Shown here: positions 9,499 to 19,341 of the stretch, piece by piece
Numbering within the stretch: position 1 is the stretch's first letter
Layout of the letters: each line of letters starts with the position of its first letter
From: Candidatus Latescibacterota bacterium
GTDB taxonomy: Bacteria; Latescibacterota; UBA2968; GCA-2709665
Reading direction: 5' to 3'
Length of the DNA: 64,000 bases
NCBI GenBank assembly: GCA_965203805.1
Contig: OZ241917.1
Coordinates: 3,104,001-3,168,000, forward strand
Notes under the pieces: model-generated
Databases searched by the model: none
What the model saw: the letters and a program-made list of their open reading frames with translations, nothing else
What the model was told of the DNA's origin: nothing
Program-made: the position numbers and the translations under genes

Positions 9499-10677
9499 TC
9501 ATTTACTAACTGCCTGCTGTTTCAATAACTGTATTTCCCGCTGGAGACGAAGGAATTCGCGATACAAGGCCTGGTTGCCCTGCTGAAACGAAAACTGCGA
9601 AGTACCCGAATAGGGTTCATAGCCGACCGGCGGAAATTCTCCGGATTCGGGCGAAAGCTTACCCACCTCGACGCGTGGCGTGTCCGGTTGCTCGCCTCGT
9701 TTGATTTTCATCCGCACTTCGGTTCCTGGAGTGGTGGACAGAACCAGGCTTTGCAGATGCTCGGCGCTTTCCACCTGCTGCTCCTGGAACGACATAATCA
9801 GGTCCCCTCGAACGATACCGCGTTTCGCCGCAGGGCCGTCGGGCGCAATGCTGACCACGCGCACGCCGTGGTATTCGGGGTCGTATTCCCCGGTTACGCC
9901 CAGCCATCCGTAAACAGTCTGTGAACCATTCAGAAGGCGTCGGGCGATACGAATCGCACGGTTGATCGGCACCACGAATACCGTGGTTGGAATCTCTTGT
10001 GCCATTCGGACATCTGTAGTCCCTTCGGGAAGAATACCGGACCACGGATCGGGCGGTAACGCCCAAACCAGGCCCAGAATCTCCCCGGAACTGCAGAAGA
10101 CCGGCGCGCCGCCAAAACTGAGGCGCACCGGCGCCGCAACATGAATCAGGTCCTGCGACCGGTCGACATTGTGTACGTATCCGAACGATGGTGTCAGACT
10201 CCCGAAACTGTTGCCCAGAATGAACGCGTAATGGCCAATGCGGACCCCGTCGGAATTCCCGACTGCAATCGGCTGCAGTCCTTCCGCCTCGATCCGGATA
10301 ACCGCCACTTCCGAAACCGGATCCGATGCAACGAAACGGGCCCGAAGACGACGCCCGGTACTCAGGGTTACCCAGATTTCCTGGGCGTTTTTCACCGCAC
10401 GGTGGACCGTAATGACGTTGCCCCTGGAATCCAGGACGAATCCGGTGCCATGCATGAATCCCTTGCCGTACTGCAGCCCTTCCACCACCCCCATCTGGCT
10501 GATGCTGGTATGTATGCGCACAACCCCGGCCCGGTTCTTCTCCAGAATCTCGGCTCTCTCTTCCTCGATTCCCCTGAGCACGCTGCCGGCGCCGCAGTCC
10601 GTTGCACCCGGCCCGGCCAATAGGATCCCCACCATAACGGGCGCCATCCACAGGGGTCTGCGCAGATTCGTTTTCAT
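9499..10677 (-). CDS. HtrA/DegP-like trypsin-fold + PDZ protein with degenerate catalytic triad
   Basis: GTGFVLD, GNSDGVRIG, ILGNSFG and PDZ YGWLGVT...GPAAKRGIVRGDLI are present. Triad motifs are altered (TVHRAV, DPVSE, LSFGGAP). Alternative start at 10710. Confidence 0.8.
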   Translation of the reverse strand: MKTNLRRPLWMAPVMVGILLAGPGATDCGAGSVLRGIEEERAEILEKNRAGVVRIHTSISQMGVVEGLQYGKGFMHGTGFVLDSRGNVITVHRAVKNAQEIWVTLSTGRRLRARFVASDPVSEVAVIRIEAEGLQPIAVGNSDGVRIGHYAFILGNSFGSLTPSFGYVHNVDRSQDLIHVAAPVRLSFGGAPVFCSSGEILGLVWALPPDPWSGILPEGTTDVRMAQEIPTTVFVVPINRAIRIARRLLNGSQTVYGWLGVTGEYDPEYHGVRVVSIAPDGPAAKRGIVRGDLIMSFQEQQVESAEHLQSLVLSTTPGTEVRMKIKRGEQPDTPRVEVGKLSPESGEFPPVGYEPYSGTSQFSFQQGNQALYREFLRLQREIQLLKQQAVSK

Positions 10678-10709
10678 TGTCCGTATCGACTTTCTCTCCC
10701 GGAGATTCA

Positions 10710-11312
10710 CTAAAAGGACACCCGGCGCACATTTGCCAGGTGCCGACCCGGCCGCGTCCGCACCATTGACGCGGCCTTTACGGAATCCGGCCGGCCGGCC
10801 CGGTAACCCTGCTCCAAAACCGGATGGGACGTTTTCTGCGAAAGCATCTTCAGGGCGCCCCGCCTGTCTTCGACGGGAAACGACGAAAATGCGGGCGCCA
10901 CGAGTGTCATCTGATGGACACGATCCGCAGTGGCCGCGCGTGTCTCTGGAGCCTCGTCGAGTGCCGTAGTCATGCCCAGCGCCATCAGTACGACGGCCGC
11001 GGCCGATGCAAGCGCTCTAGGTATGGTCGGGAAAAATACGTCAGGCAGTCTGTTCCACAACGAAGGCTTTTGAGACGCCTCCATCATCAGACGGCTCCGA
11101 AGCGCAAAATCGAAGCCTGCGGAAGGCCTTTCACGCGACATCCGGGCCAGCCGCCGGGTCAGGTTCCTGACGCCTTCCAGCGAATTTGCGCAGGCAGGGC
11201 ACGCTTGCGCATGGCTTTCCATCTGCGCCCGCTTTGTACCTGCGACCTCGTTTTCGAGATAGTCCGATAATCGGGCCGCAAACTCGCTGCAAGTCATGTG
11301 ACCCTCACCCAT
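10710..11312 (-). CDS. Zinc-finger (zf-HC2/ZAS) anti-sigma factor with TM helix
   Basis: C..F..RLSDYLE...HAQACPAC motif and one TM segment. Directly downstream of the ECF sigma. RBS GGAGG. Confidence 0.85.
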   Translation of the reverse strand: MGEGHMTCSEFAARLSDYLENEVAGTKRAQMESHAQACPACANSLEGVRNLTRRLARMSRERPSAGFDFALRSRLMMEASQKPSLWNRLPDVFFPTIPRALASAAAVVLMALGMTTALDEAPETRAATADRVHQMTLVAPAFSSFPVEDRRGALKMLSQKTSHPVLEQGYRAGRPDSVKAASMVRTRPGRHLANVRRVSF

Positions 11313-11378
11313 GTTCTTCCTCCAATGGTTCTATTCGATGACCAGTGTCCGTGCGGTACGGCAGACGGTTCCAGGCTG

Positions 11379-11984
11379 TCAGACCACCAGCCCGACGTCC
11401 CTTCCTTCATTTTTCAGCTTCTGCTGCAGTTTCAGACGAGCCCGGTTCACGCGGGACTTGACCGTACCCACCGGACACCGGCTGATCTTTGCAATCTCCT
11501 GATACGACAGCCCCTCGACGTCCCGAAGCAGGATGACCTGCCGATAGTTTTCCGACAGGGACGTGATGGCCCGATGAATCTGTACATCCGCGATTGAAGA
11601 TTCGGTGATCCGGTCCGGCCGGTACGATTCGTCGGGCAGTTCCATCCCTGTCTCGTTCTCGTCGTCACGGTGAAGCGGAAACAGCCGCCAACGTTTTCGA
11701 CGTCTCAACTCGCTCTTGGCCAGGTTGCCGGCAATTGTAAACAACCAGGTGGAGAAATTCGCAATTGCCCGATATTCGTTCCGTTTCCGGTACGCCCTCA
11801 GGAAGGCCTCCTGAACGATATCCTCGGCTGTCTCCCGGTCGCCGACGAATCGAAAGACAAAGTTGTATAACCGACCTCTGTAACGGTTTACAATCTTTCC
11901 ATAGGCTTCAATATCGCCGTTCGCAACATCCGTCAGAACATCAACATCCGAAACCGTACCGTTATCCGTGCTTGCCATAAGCAT
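11379..11984 (-). CDS. ECF-family RNA polymerase sigma factor (RpoE/SigW-like)
   Basis: AEDIVQEAFLRAY, FSTWLFTIAGN, EGLSYQEIA, GTVKSRVNRAR. Confidence 0.9.
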   Translation of the reverse strand: MLMASTDNGTVSDVDVLTDVANGDIEAYGKIVNRYRGRLYNFVFRFVGDRETAEDIVQEAFLRAYRKRNEYRAIANFSTWLFTIAGNLAKSELRRRKRWRLFPLHRDDENETGMELPDESYRPDRITESSIADVQIHRAITSLSENYRQVILLRDVEGLSYQEIAKISRCPVGTVKSRVNRARLKLQQKLKNEGRDVGLVV

Positions 11985-12064
11985 TGACTTCCCCCCTTTC
12001 ACCTGCTACGCCCTCGGGAATGGGGTCTGCAGAACCCTCAATCCAGACGATTGCCAAACAGCTT

Positions 12065-12092
12065 TTAAACCCTCTGGTTTGAGAAAAGTTCC
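12065..12092 (-). promoter_or_regulatory. Putative autoregulatory ECF promoter
   Basis: GGAACTT-N15-GTTTAA upstream of the ECF sigma gene, resembling RpoE-type GGAACTT...GTCnAA. Confidence 0.45.
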
Positions 12093-12099
12093 CGAAAAG

Positions 12100-12286
12100 C
12101 TGACTTTGATCCGTCATTTTTCCGGGACGTTAATTCGAATATATGCAAGTTGATAAAGGCGATTTTACTACTGATTTCGATGAACCTTCAGGTCACTGGA
12201 CGTGAAGGGAAAAAACGTCCTTCCGGACGACCTTTTCGGCCCGTTTCGGAAGGTTTCGTCGCAGCGACCCGTTGCCGTTTTTGTCG
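12100..12286 (-). repeat. Dispersed conserved intergenic element, copy B
   Basis: Reverse complement aligns without gaps to 1422-1608 (~84% identity by hand). Confidence 0.85.
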
Positions 12287-12544
12287 AACTGTGGCTGACG
12301 AATCGGTAACGATTTCCGGAAAAACGACAACCCGTGTCTTTAAGTCACAACCGGAAATCAAAGGAACGGGATTTCGGGGTACGAAAACAGGTGAATCTCC
12401 ACGCTTTCGATGCGGTTTCTCCGCTTGACATCCGGCATCGTTGTGGGTTAATTATAGCCGTTCCAACACGGAATTGCAAGACCCGCATCTACCGACGTCG
12501 CATCTGCCATTTCAATCGTTCAAGACCGAATGAAAGGGTTTTCA

Positions 12545-14545
12545 ATGGCGGCAAATCCAGACCGGACTCTAGAACGGGGCGGACGATATTTCCCGCCTCA
12601 GGAACTCAGCGAACAGGCGCATGTCAGTGGTTTCGAAGCATACGAGAGGCGGTACCAGGAATCCATCAGGGACGTCGAGGCATTCTGGGCCGACGTGGCG
12701 GGAGATTTCCACTGGTTCAGGAAGTGGGATAACGTACGCGCATATAACTACAACCTTAACGAGGGACCCATCTCCATCAGGTGGTTCGAAGGCGCGAAAA
12801 CCAGCATCGCGTACAATTGCCTCGACCGTCACCTGCAAACGCGCGGCGATCAGATTGCTATCATCTGGGAAGGCAACGAACCGGGTGAAGACGGAAAGCT
12901 GACCTACCGGGAACTCCACGAGCAGGTCTGCAAATTCGCCAACGTACTGAAGTCTCGCGGCGTGAACAAGGGTGACCGGGTTTCCATATATATGCCGATG
13001 ATCCCCGAACTGGCCATCGCGATGCTCGCATGCGCCAGGATCGGCGCCGTACACTCCATCGTATTCGGCGGCTTTTCCGCCGATGCGCTTGCGGACCGAA
13101 TTGTCGATTCCACCTGCCGGGTTGTCATTACAACCGACGGCATGTTTCGAGGCGACAGGCCGATGGAGCGTAAGGCTTTTGCCGATCACGCCATGGCCAA
13201 TGCCGATGGACGCATGGGCGGCAAATCCGTGGAAACCTGCATTGTCGTCCGCCGCGTGGGCGAACACAAGGGTATTTCATGCCCCATGCTGGACGGCAGA
13301 GACATCTGGTGGCACGACGCCATGGCAACCGCCAGCCCGGATTGTCCCTGCGAAGAGATGGACGCCGAAGATCCGCTCTACATCCTGTATACCTCCGGGT
13401 CCACCGGCAAACCCAAGGGCGTGCAGCACAATGTAGGCGGATACATGGTATACACCGCCTATACCCACAGAAACGTCTTCGACTATCATGATGGCGACAT
13501 TTATTTCTGCGCCGCCGACATCGGGTGGGTCACCGGACACTCGTACATCATTTACGGTCCATTGGCGAACGGCGCAACCTCCGTCATGTTCGAAAGCACA
13601 CCGGTTTATCCCGATCCGGGGCGTTACTGGCAGGTCATCGACAAATACAAGGTCAATCAGTTCTATACGGCGCCTACGGCGATACGGGCAGTCGCGAAAG
13701 AGGGGGAAGCGTGGCCGGCCAAATACGACCTCTCATCGCTGAAGCTTCTGGGGACCGTTGGCGAGCCCATCAATCCGGAAGCCTGGATGTGGTACCACAA
13801 CAACGTAGGTCGGGGCCGGTGTCCCATTGTCGACACCTGGTGGCAGACCGAAACCGGCGGTATTCTCATCACCCCGCTTCCGGGTGCAACCGCCACGAAG
13901 CCCGGCTCCGCGACCTTTCCCTTCTTCGGTATCAGGCCGGTCGTCCTCGACCCGGAAACCGGCAGGGAACTGGAGGGTAACGGCGTCCAGGGCGTTCTGG
14001 CGATCGCGGAACCCTGGCCCGGACAGATGCGCACCGTGTACGGTGACCACAACCGATTCGAGGAAACCTACTTCCAGCAATACAAGGGCTATTATTTCAC
14101 CGGAGACGGCTGCCGCAGGGACGAAGATGGCTATTACTGGATCACCGGTCGGGTGGATGACGTCATCAACATTTCCGGGCACCGCATGGGCACGGCCGAG
14201 GTGGAGTCCGCCCTGGTCTCCCACGAAGGCGTGGCGGAAGCGGCGGTAGTGGGTTTTCCGCACGATATCAAGGGCCAGGGTATCTACGCCTACGTAACCC
14301 TGAACGTGGGCGTGGAATACGTCGACACATTGAAAGACGAATTGAAGGCATGGGTGCGAAAGGAGATCGGTCCCATCGCCACACCCGACGTGATCCATTG
14401 GGCGCCGGGTCTGCCCAAAACCCGATCAGGCAAGATTATGCGCCGTATCCTGCGCAAGATAGCCGCTGACGACACCGGTGATCTCGGTGACACGTCCACG
14501 CTTGCGGAACCGGCGGTTGTGGATCAGCTCCTGGAGAATCGCTAG
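12545..14545 (+). CDS. acs: Acetyl-CoA synthetase (AMP-forming)
   Basis: [32 protein letters not shown] and [12 protein letters not shown] motifs. Confidence 0.97.
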   Translation: MAANPDRTLERGGRYFPPQELSEQAHVSGFEAYERRYQESIRDVEAFWADVAGDFHWFRKWDNVRAYNYNLNEGPISIRWFEGAKTSIAYNCLDRHLQTRGDQIAIIWEGNEPGEDGKLTYRELHEQVCKFANVLKSRGVNKGDRVSIYMPMIPELAIAMLACARIGAVHSIVFGGFSADALADRIVDSTCRVVITTDGMFRGDRPMERKAFADHAMANADGRMGGKSVETCIVVRRVGEHKGISCPMLDGRDIWWHDAMATASPDCPCEEMDAEDPLYILYTSGSTGKPKGVQHNVGGYMVYTAYTHRNVFDYHDGDIYFCAADIGWVTGHSYIIYGPLANGATSVMFESTPVYPDPGRYWQVIDKYKVNQFYTAPTAIRAVAKEGEAWPAKYDLSSLKLLGTVGEPINPEAWMWYHNNVGRGRCPIVDTWWQTETGGILITPLPGATATKPGSATFPFFGIRPVVLDPETGRELEGNGVQGVLAIAEPWPGQMRTVYGDHNRFEETYFQQYKGYYFTGDGCRRDEDGYYWITGRVDDVINISGHRMGTAEVESALVSHEGVAEAAVVGFPHDIKGQGIYAYVTLNVGVEYVDTLKDELKAWVRKEIGPIATPDVIHWAPGLPKTRSGKIMRRILRKIAADDTGDLGDTSTLAEPAVVDQLLENR

Positions 14546-14572
14546 CGAAATGTCCAGCTGGATTTTGCAACA

Positions 14573-14602
14573 CCAAGAGGGAGCCGGACGGCTCCCTCTT
14601 GG
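14573..14602. terminator. 13-bp hairpin after acs (terminator or stabilising hairpin, no clear U-tract)
   Basis: CCAAGAGGGAGCC-GGAC-GGCTCCCTCTTGG. Confidence 0.5.
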
Positions 14603-14629
14603 CGTATATATGAGACGCATCGCACCGGC

Positions 14630-15337
14630 ATGAACCCCTCACCCCGGAAATCTCTTCTCCTGCTCTCCGGCGGCATGGATTCCACCACCCTCCTATGGTG
14701 GATGCGGGACCGAGGCATCTCCGAAATCCACACCGTTTCAGTCGACTATGGCCAGCGCCACGCAGTCGAACTCGAAGCCAGCGCGACGCTTTCCCGGATG
14801 GCCGGCGCGACGTCCCACCGCTGTCTGAAACTCGACCTTCGGCAGATTGGCGGGAATCCGCTCACGGACACAGGGCACGCGGTTCCCGCGGCGAAGCAGG
14901 GTCGGCAGACGCTGACCGTCGTCCCTTTCCGCAACATGCTCTTCGTGACCCTGGCTGCCGCCTGGGCAGAGGTGAAAGGTTGCGGGAATCTCTATCTCTC
15001 GCCGGTCCGGAATGACTTCGAGATTTACCGGGACTGCCGTCGCGAGTTTTACGATATGCTTGAGAAGACCTTGCGCCTGGGCGCCACGCGGCCGACCGAC
15101 TACCGGATCCACACCCCGTTTGTGGAAAAATGGAAAGACGAAGTCGTGAGCATGGGAATTGACCTGGGTGTGCCCTACGCCGAGACCCACACCTGCTACG
15201 AAGGCAGACGCCCCGCCTGCGGCCGTTGCGACGCCTGCGTGGAACGCGTTGCCGCATTTCGCGCCAATCGCGCCGTGGATCCGCTGTCCTACGAAATCGA
15301 AATCGACTGGACGCGACCCTCGACACCCCGTCAATAG
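14630..15337 (+). CDS. queC: 7-cyano-7-deazaguanine synthase
   Basis: SGGMDSTT, DYGQRH, VPFRNMLF, YRDCR, TCYEG...CGRCDAC. Confidence 0.92.
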   Translation: MNPSPRKSLLLLSGGMDSTTLLWWMRDRGISEIHTVSVDYGQRHAVELEASATLSRMAGATSHRCLKLDLRQIGGNPLTDTGHAVPAAKQGRQTLTVVPFRNMLFVTLAAAWAEVKGCGNLYLSPVRNDFEIYRDCRREFYDMLEKTLRLGATRPTDYRIHTPFVEKWKDEVVSMGIDLGVPYAETHTCYEGRRPACGRCDACVERVAAFRANRAVDPLSYEIEIDWTRPSTPRQ

Positions 15338-15367
15338 GCGGCGTCGCGCGCCGTATCTCCGACCGGA

Positions 15368-16414
15368 CTACGCATTTTTCAGCGCCGTCACTGTCTCGAT
15401 CAGCCGACGGTCCGCGTTGTATCGAAGCTGCAGAATCTGATCGAGTTGCGCGGGGCTGGCGCTTCTGGACGTCAGCCGATAGACCTCAAGTCTGTCCGCA
15501 AGCGCGTTCATGACCATATCGAGAAGGATGATATCCGACGCGTCGTCTTCGACCATGCACTCATCCGCCAGCACGCGGCGAACCACCTTCAGGCGGTCCC
15601 GCAACGCTTCCTCGTCTAACTGCTCGACCTTGGACCGGCTGACCAGCGTGGTGGAAAGCGTCGCCAGAAATCCTTCACTCAGGTATTTGCGGGCCTTCTC
15701 TTCGGTCCAGTTGTCCGACAGGATTTCCGCTATGGACTGCGGAACCCGCTCGGCCCGCTCCCGGTTTTCAGCCGACCCGCCGCCTTCGTTCTGACGGCGC
15801 GGCTGCCGGCGCCGTCTGTTTCGGCGATGCTCCTGCGCGCCTCTGGCCTGCGGTTCCTGGGTCCTTTCAGCCGTGGTTTCGGACGGCGCGCCCGCTGCCG
15901 GTTCAGGAGGAGGCGTCGCCGCGGGCTTCGGGGTCTCCGGCACGGGCTCGGCAACGGCTTCCCCGGCATTTGCCGGCTCAGGGGACGCCGTTTCTGTTGT
16001 CGCGGCTTCCGGCGGCGCCGCGGCTTTGTCAGCTTCTTTCTCGGATTGAGCCTGCTGCTTGTCGTCCGCTTTCGCCCGTGTCGTACGCTTCGTTGAGGTT
16101 GTCGATTTCCGGGGCCGTTTCGCGGGCCGCCGCGAAATCACGCGTTTCTCGGAAACATCCGCCGTTTTCTCGGTTGACTGACCCGCATCTTCCTGGGGGT
16201 CGGCTTCGGTCTTCTTGCTCTCTTCCTCCTCCGGTGCGGTCCGGCTTCGAGTTGTTCTCTTCGGATTCTTGCTGCCGCTCCGGGTACGCTTGGCGGGCCG
16301 CCGCGAGACCACGCGCCTCTCAGAATCCCCGGCTTCTTCCTTCTTCTCCGTATCCGGGGCTTCCGATACGGGTTGATCATTCTCCCCGGAAGGAGAATCC
16401 TGAATAACGTCCAT
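15368..16414 (-). CDS. Hypothetical protein, long charged low-complexity N-terminus with a duplicated RVxSRRPAKR motif and a helical C-terminal domain
   Basis: RBS GGGAGGT before ATG 16414. Candidate promoter TTGATG-N17-TATTGT at 16472-16500. Confidence 0.7.
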   Translation of the reverse strand: MDVIQDSPSGENDQPVSEAPDTEKKEEAGDSERRVVSRRPAKRTRSGSKNPKRTTRSRTAPEEEESKKTEADPQEDAGQSTEKTADVSEKRVISRRPAKRPRKSTTSTKRTTRAKADDKQQAQSEKEADKAAAPPEAATTETASPEPANAGEAVAEPVPETPKPAATPPPEPAAGAPSETTAERTQEPQARGAQEHRRNRRRRQPRRQNEGGGSAENRERAERVPQSIAEILSDNWTEEKARKYLSEGFLATLSTTLVSRSKVEQLDEEALRDRLKVVRRVLADECMVEDDASDIILLDMVMNALADRLEVYRLTSRSASPAQLDQILQLRYNADRRLIETVTALKNA

Positions 16415-16545
16415 ATACCTCCCTTCGAGCCGTAGACGTCGCAACACCTGCGAATTCGTCTACAACCGTCCACAATATTGAGCCTGCCCGAAAACATCAA
16501 TCTAATTCGACAATATAAGCAAATGTGACCCTCGTTTACCAGATG

Positions 16546-16576
16546 AAAAAGGGTCGGCCAGTATCGGCCGACCCTT
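16546..16576 (-). terminator. Intrinsic terminator of groESL
   Basis: Minus strand AAGGGTCGGCC-GATACT-GGCCGACCC-TTTTT, ~30 nt after the groEL stop. Confidence 0.85.
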
Positions 16577-16605
16577 GAACTTCCGCGCGGTGTCTGGCAC
16601 ACGGA

Positions 16606-18234
16606 TTAGTGATGATCGTGGCCGTGGCCGTGAACCGGTGGCTCTTTTTCCTCTTCCGGGACTTCCGTGACAAGCGTTTCCGTTGTCAGCAGAAGCCCGG
16701 CGATGCTGGCTGCGTTCTCAACTGCAGAACGCACGACCTTGGTGGGATCGGCCACGCCCGATTCGATCAGGTCTTCGTAGGTTTCGGTGAGCGCGTTGAA
16801 CCCGAACGCGCCTTCACCCTCAATGACCCGCTGCACAACCAGGCTGCCCTCGTGGCCCGCGTTATCGGCGATCTTCCTCAGTGGCGCCTCCAGTGCCTTG
16901 CCCAGAAGGTCCACGCCAGTCTTCTGGTCGCCGCGAACCCGGCTGCGAACCTTATCCAGCGAAGAAATGCACCTCACCAGGGCCACACCGCCGCCGGGCA
17001 CGATTCCCTCCTCAACAGCCGCCCGGGTCGCGTGCAGGGCATCTTCCACTCTCGCCTTCTTCTCCTTCATCTCGGTTTCAGTCGCAGCGCCGACGTTTAC
17101 CACCGCCACACCGCCCGCGAGCTTGGCGAGTCGCTCCTGGAGTTTCTCCCGGTCGTAGTCTGAGGTGGTCTCCTCAATCTGCATGCGTATCTGGCTGACC
17201 CGTCCCTGGATGTCGTCGGTGGCCCCGGCGCCCTCCACGATCGTCGTATTGTCCTTGTCGATGACGATTCGCTTGGCCTGCCCCAGGTCGTCAAGCTGTA
17301 TATTCTCCAGCTTGATTCCCAGGTCTTCGGAAATCACCCGGCCGCCGGTGAGAATAGCGATATCCGCAAGCATTTCCTTCCGTCGGTCGCCGTACCCGGG
17401 AGCCTTTACCGCTGCCGCCTTGATGGTCCCCCGAACCTTGTTCACGACAAATGTCGCCAGCGCCTCACCCTCCACGTCTTCGGCGATTACCAGGAGCGCC
17501 TTGCCGGCTTGCGCCGTTTTCTCCAGCAAGGGAAGGAGATCTTTCATATTGGAGAGCTTTTTCTCGTAGATCAGCAGATACGCATCTTCCAGAATCGCTT
17601 CCATGTCGTCCTGGTCGGTCACAAAATACGGCGAAATATATCCCCGATCGAATTGCATGCCCTCCACCACGTCCAGCGTCGTTTCGATCGATTTTGCTTC
17701 CTCGACGGTTATCGTGCCGTCTTTGCCTACCTTCTCCATCGAATCGGCGATAATTTCTCCTATGCTGCTGTCGTTATTGGCAGAGACCGTCGCCACCTGC
17801 GCGATTTCCTTACGGCCCGTGACTTCCTGGGACTGTGCCCTTAGCGCGTCGGTCACGTCCCTGACACCCTCGTCGATTCCCCGCTTGATGTCCATGGGGT
17901 TCGCGCCGGCCGTCACGTTCTTGAGCCCATCGCGATAGATGGCTTCCGCAAGGACCGTGGCAGTGGTGGTGCCGTCGCCCGCAACGTCGGACGTCTTGGA
18001 AGCGACCTCTTTTACCATCTGGGCGCCCATGTTCTCATAGGGATCGGGCAGCTCGATCTCTTTGGCCACCGTCACACCGTCTTTTGTAACCGTTGGCGAT
18101 CCCCATTTCTTGCCGAGAACTACGTTCCGGCCGCGCGGGCCCAACGTCGCTTTAACGGCTTTGCTCAGGATGTCCACGCCGTCGAGAACCTTTGACCGGG
18201 CGTCTATCCCGTAGCTCAGTTGCTTGGCTGGCAT
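16606..18234 (-). CDS. groEL: Chaperonin GroEL with His-rich C-terminal tail
   Basis: [44 protein letters not shown]. Ends in HGHGHDHH. Confidence 0.98.
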   Translation of the reverse strand: MPAKQLSYGIDARSKVLDGVDILSKAVKATLGPRGRNVVLGKKWGSPTVTKDGVTVAKEIELPDPYENMGAQMVKEVASKTSDVAGDGTTTATVLAEAIYRDGLKNVTAGANPMDIKRGIDEGVRDVTDALRAQSQEVTGRKEIAQVATVSANNDSSIGEIIADSMEKVGKDGTITVEEAKSIETTLDVVEGMQFDRGYISPYFVTDQDDMEAILEDAYLLIYEKKLSNMKDLLPLLEKTAQAGKALLVIAEDVEGEALATFVVNKVRGTIKAAAVKAPGYGDRRKEMLADIAILTGGRVISEDLGIKLENIQLDDLGQAKRIVIDKDNTTIVEGAGATDDIQGRVSQIRMQIEETTSDYDREKLQERLAKLAGGVAVVNVGAATETEMKEKKARVEDALHATRAAVEEGIVPGGGVALVRCISSLDKVRSRVRGDQKTGVDLLGKALEAPLRKIADNAGHEGSLVVQRVIEGEGAFGFNALTETYEDLIESGVADPTKVVRSAVENAASIAGLLLTTETLVTEVPEEEKEPPVHGHGHDHH

Positions 18235-18273
18235 TATAACCCTCCTGTTTGCAGTTGTGTTCGCGGCGCATCG

Positions 18274-18564
18274 TTATTCCAGGATTCCCAGAATATCGTC
18301 TTCGGATGCAATGACGAGTTCCTCTCCGCCCACCTCCACCTCGGTCCCTGCAAATTGTCCGATCAGGACGCGATTGCCCACGCTTACCGAAACCGGTACC
18401 GGATCGCCGGTCTTGTCGTTGACTTTGCCCGGCCCCACCGCGACGACCTCGGCTTCGAGTGGTTTTTCCTTGGCTGTATCGGGAATTATGATGCCGCCCT
18501 GGACCTGTTCATCGGCTTCAATCCGCCGGAGAAGTACCCGGTCGGCCAGAGGCTTCACTGTCAT
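18274..18564 (-). CDS. groES: Co-chaperonin GroES
   Basis: KPLADRVL, GGIIIPDTAKEKP, VVAVGPG, EDDILGI. RBS AAGGAGG. Confidence 0.96.
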   Translation of the reverse strand: MTVKPLADRVLLRRIEADEQVQGGIIIPDTAKEKPLEAEVVAVGPGKVNDKTGDPVPVSVSVGNRVLIGQFAGTEVEVGGEELVIASEDDILGILE

Positions 18565-18630
18565 CCGGTCCTCCTTCACAAGTTTGCCGTTTACGTTAAC
18601 CCATTTATTAATATATATTTTTTCAGATTA

Positions 18631-18657
18631 TTAGCACTCGGCGCGGCAGAGTGCCAA
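18631..18657. promoter_or_regulatory. CIRCE element (HrcA operator)
   Basis: TTAGCACTC-N9-GAGTGCCAA, one mismatch to consensus, between the promoter and groES. Confidence 0.92.
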
Positions 18658-18664
18658 TAGCACA

Positions 18665-18693
18665 AATATACAGGCTTTGAATTTGTGACGCAA
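18665..18693 (-). promoter_or_regulatory. sigma70 promoter of groESL
   Basis: TTGCGT-N17-TATATT immediately upstream of CIRCE. Confidence 0.65.
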
Positions 18694-18714
18694 GGACAAA
18701 TTCCCTGAAAGCAC

Positions 18715-18743
18715 AAAAAAGCGCATTACGTCTGGTAATGCGC
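18715..18743 (-). terminator. Intrinsic terminator ending the rib-nusB-secA-rhodanese operon
   Basis: GCGCATTAC-N5-GTAATGCGC followed by T6 on the minus strand. Confidence 0.8.
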
Positions 18744-18792
18744 CCGGACCCGATCTCCTGTTGCCGCCCGATGACGGTCCGCGATGTTCCTT

Positions 18793-19269
18793 CTATCGCA
18801 TCGCACGCCCCAGCAGTTTCTTCTTCCGGGCAATCCGTTGCTGCAGGTGTTCTATCTCAGCTTCCAGCAGTTCAGGACGGTCCATATCGCCGGTCTCTTC
18901 CGGCGGGGGCGGCTGTTCTGACGGGAGGGATGCATCCGCCCAGTCGTCGTACCCGCCCGCCATTGAAATCACCCGCTCGTAGCCCAGCTCCTTCAGAGAC
19001 TCCGCGGCCAGCAGAGAACGTACACCTCCGGCGCAATACACCACCACTTCCCGGGATTTGTCGGGAATCCTGGATTCGGCCTCGGCTTCAAGGCGTCCTC
19101 TGGGAATATGGACGGCCCCGCGCAAATGTCCGGACTCCCACTCGTCGAGGGCGCGCACATCCAGCAGGACGGGGCTTTCGCCGCTGTTCAGATGATGATG
19201 CACCTCCTGAACGCTCATTTCCGGAATCTCCCTGCGGGCCTCGCTCAACAGGTCATCTCGGGATTTCAT
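18793..19269 (-). CDS. Rhodanese-like sulfurtransferase domain protein
   Basis: LLDVR..EW..GHLRGA, active-site YCAGGVRS, MAGGYDDW. Confidence 0.85.
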   Translation of the reverse strand: MKSRDDLLSEARREIPEMSVQEVHHHLNSGESPVLLDVRALDEWESGHLRGAVHIPRGRLEAEAESRIPDKSREVVVYCAGGVRSLLAAESLKELGYERVISMAGGYDDWADASLPSEQPPPPEETGDMDRPELLEAEIEHLQQRIARKKKLLGRAMR

Positions 19270-19341
19270 CGCCTATGAGCTCCTTTTCTCGTTCCGGCAT
19301 GATTTCGTTTCGGACTGCGACGGTGCTGCCGCCGCGGTTCC

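Noticed and set aside
12425-12455. TTGACA upstream of acs as a promoter
   Set aside because: No well-spaced -10 hexamer could be assigned with confidence.
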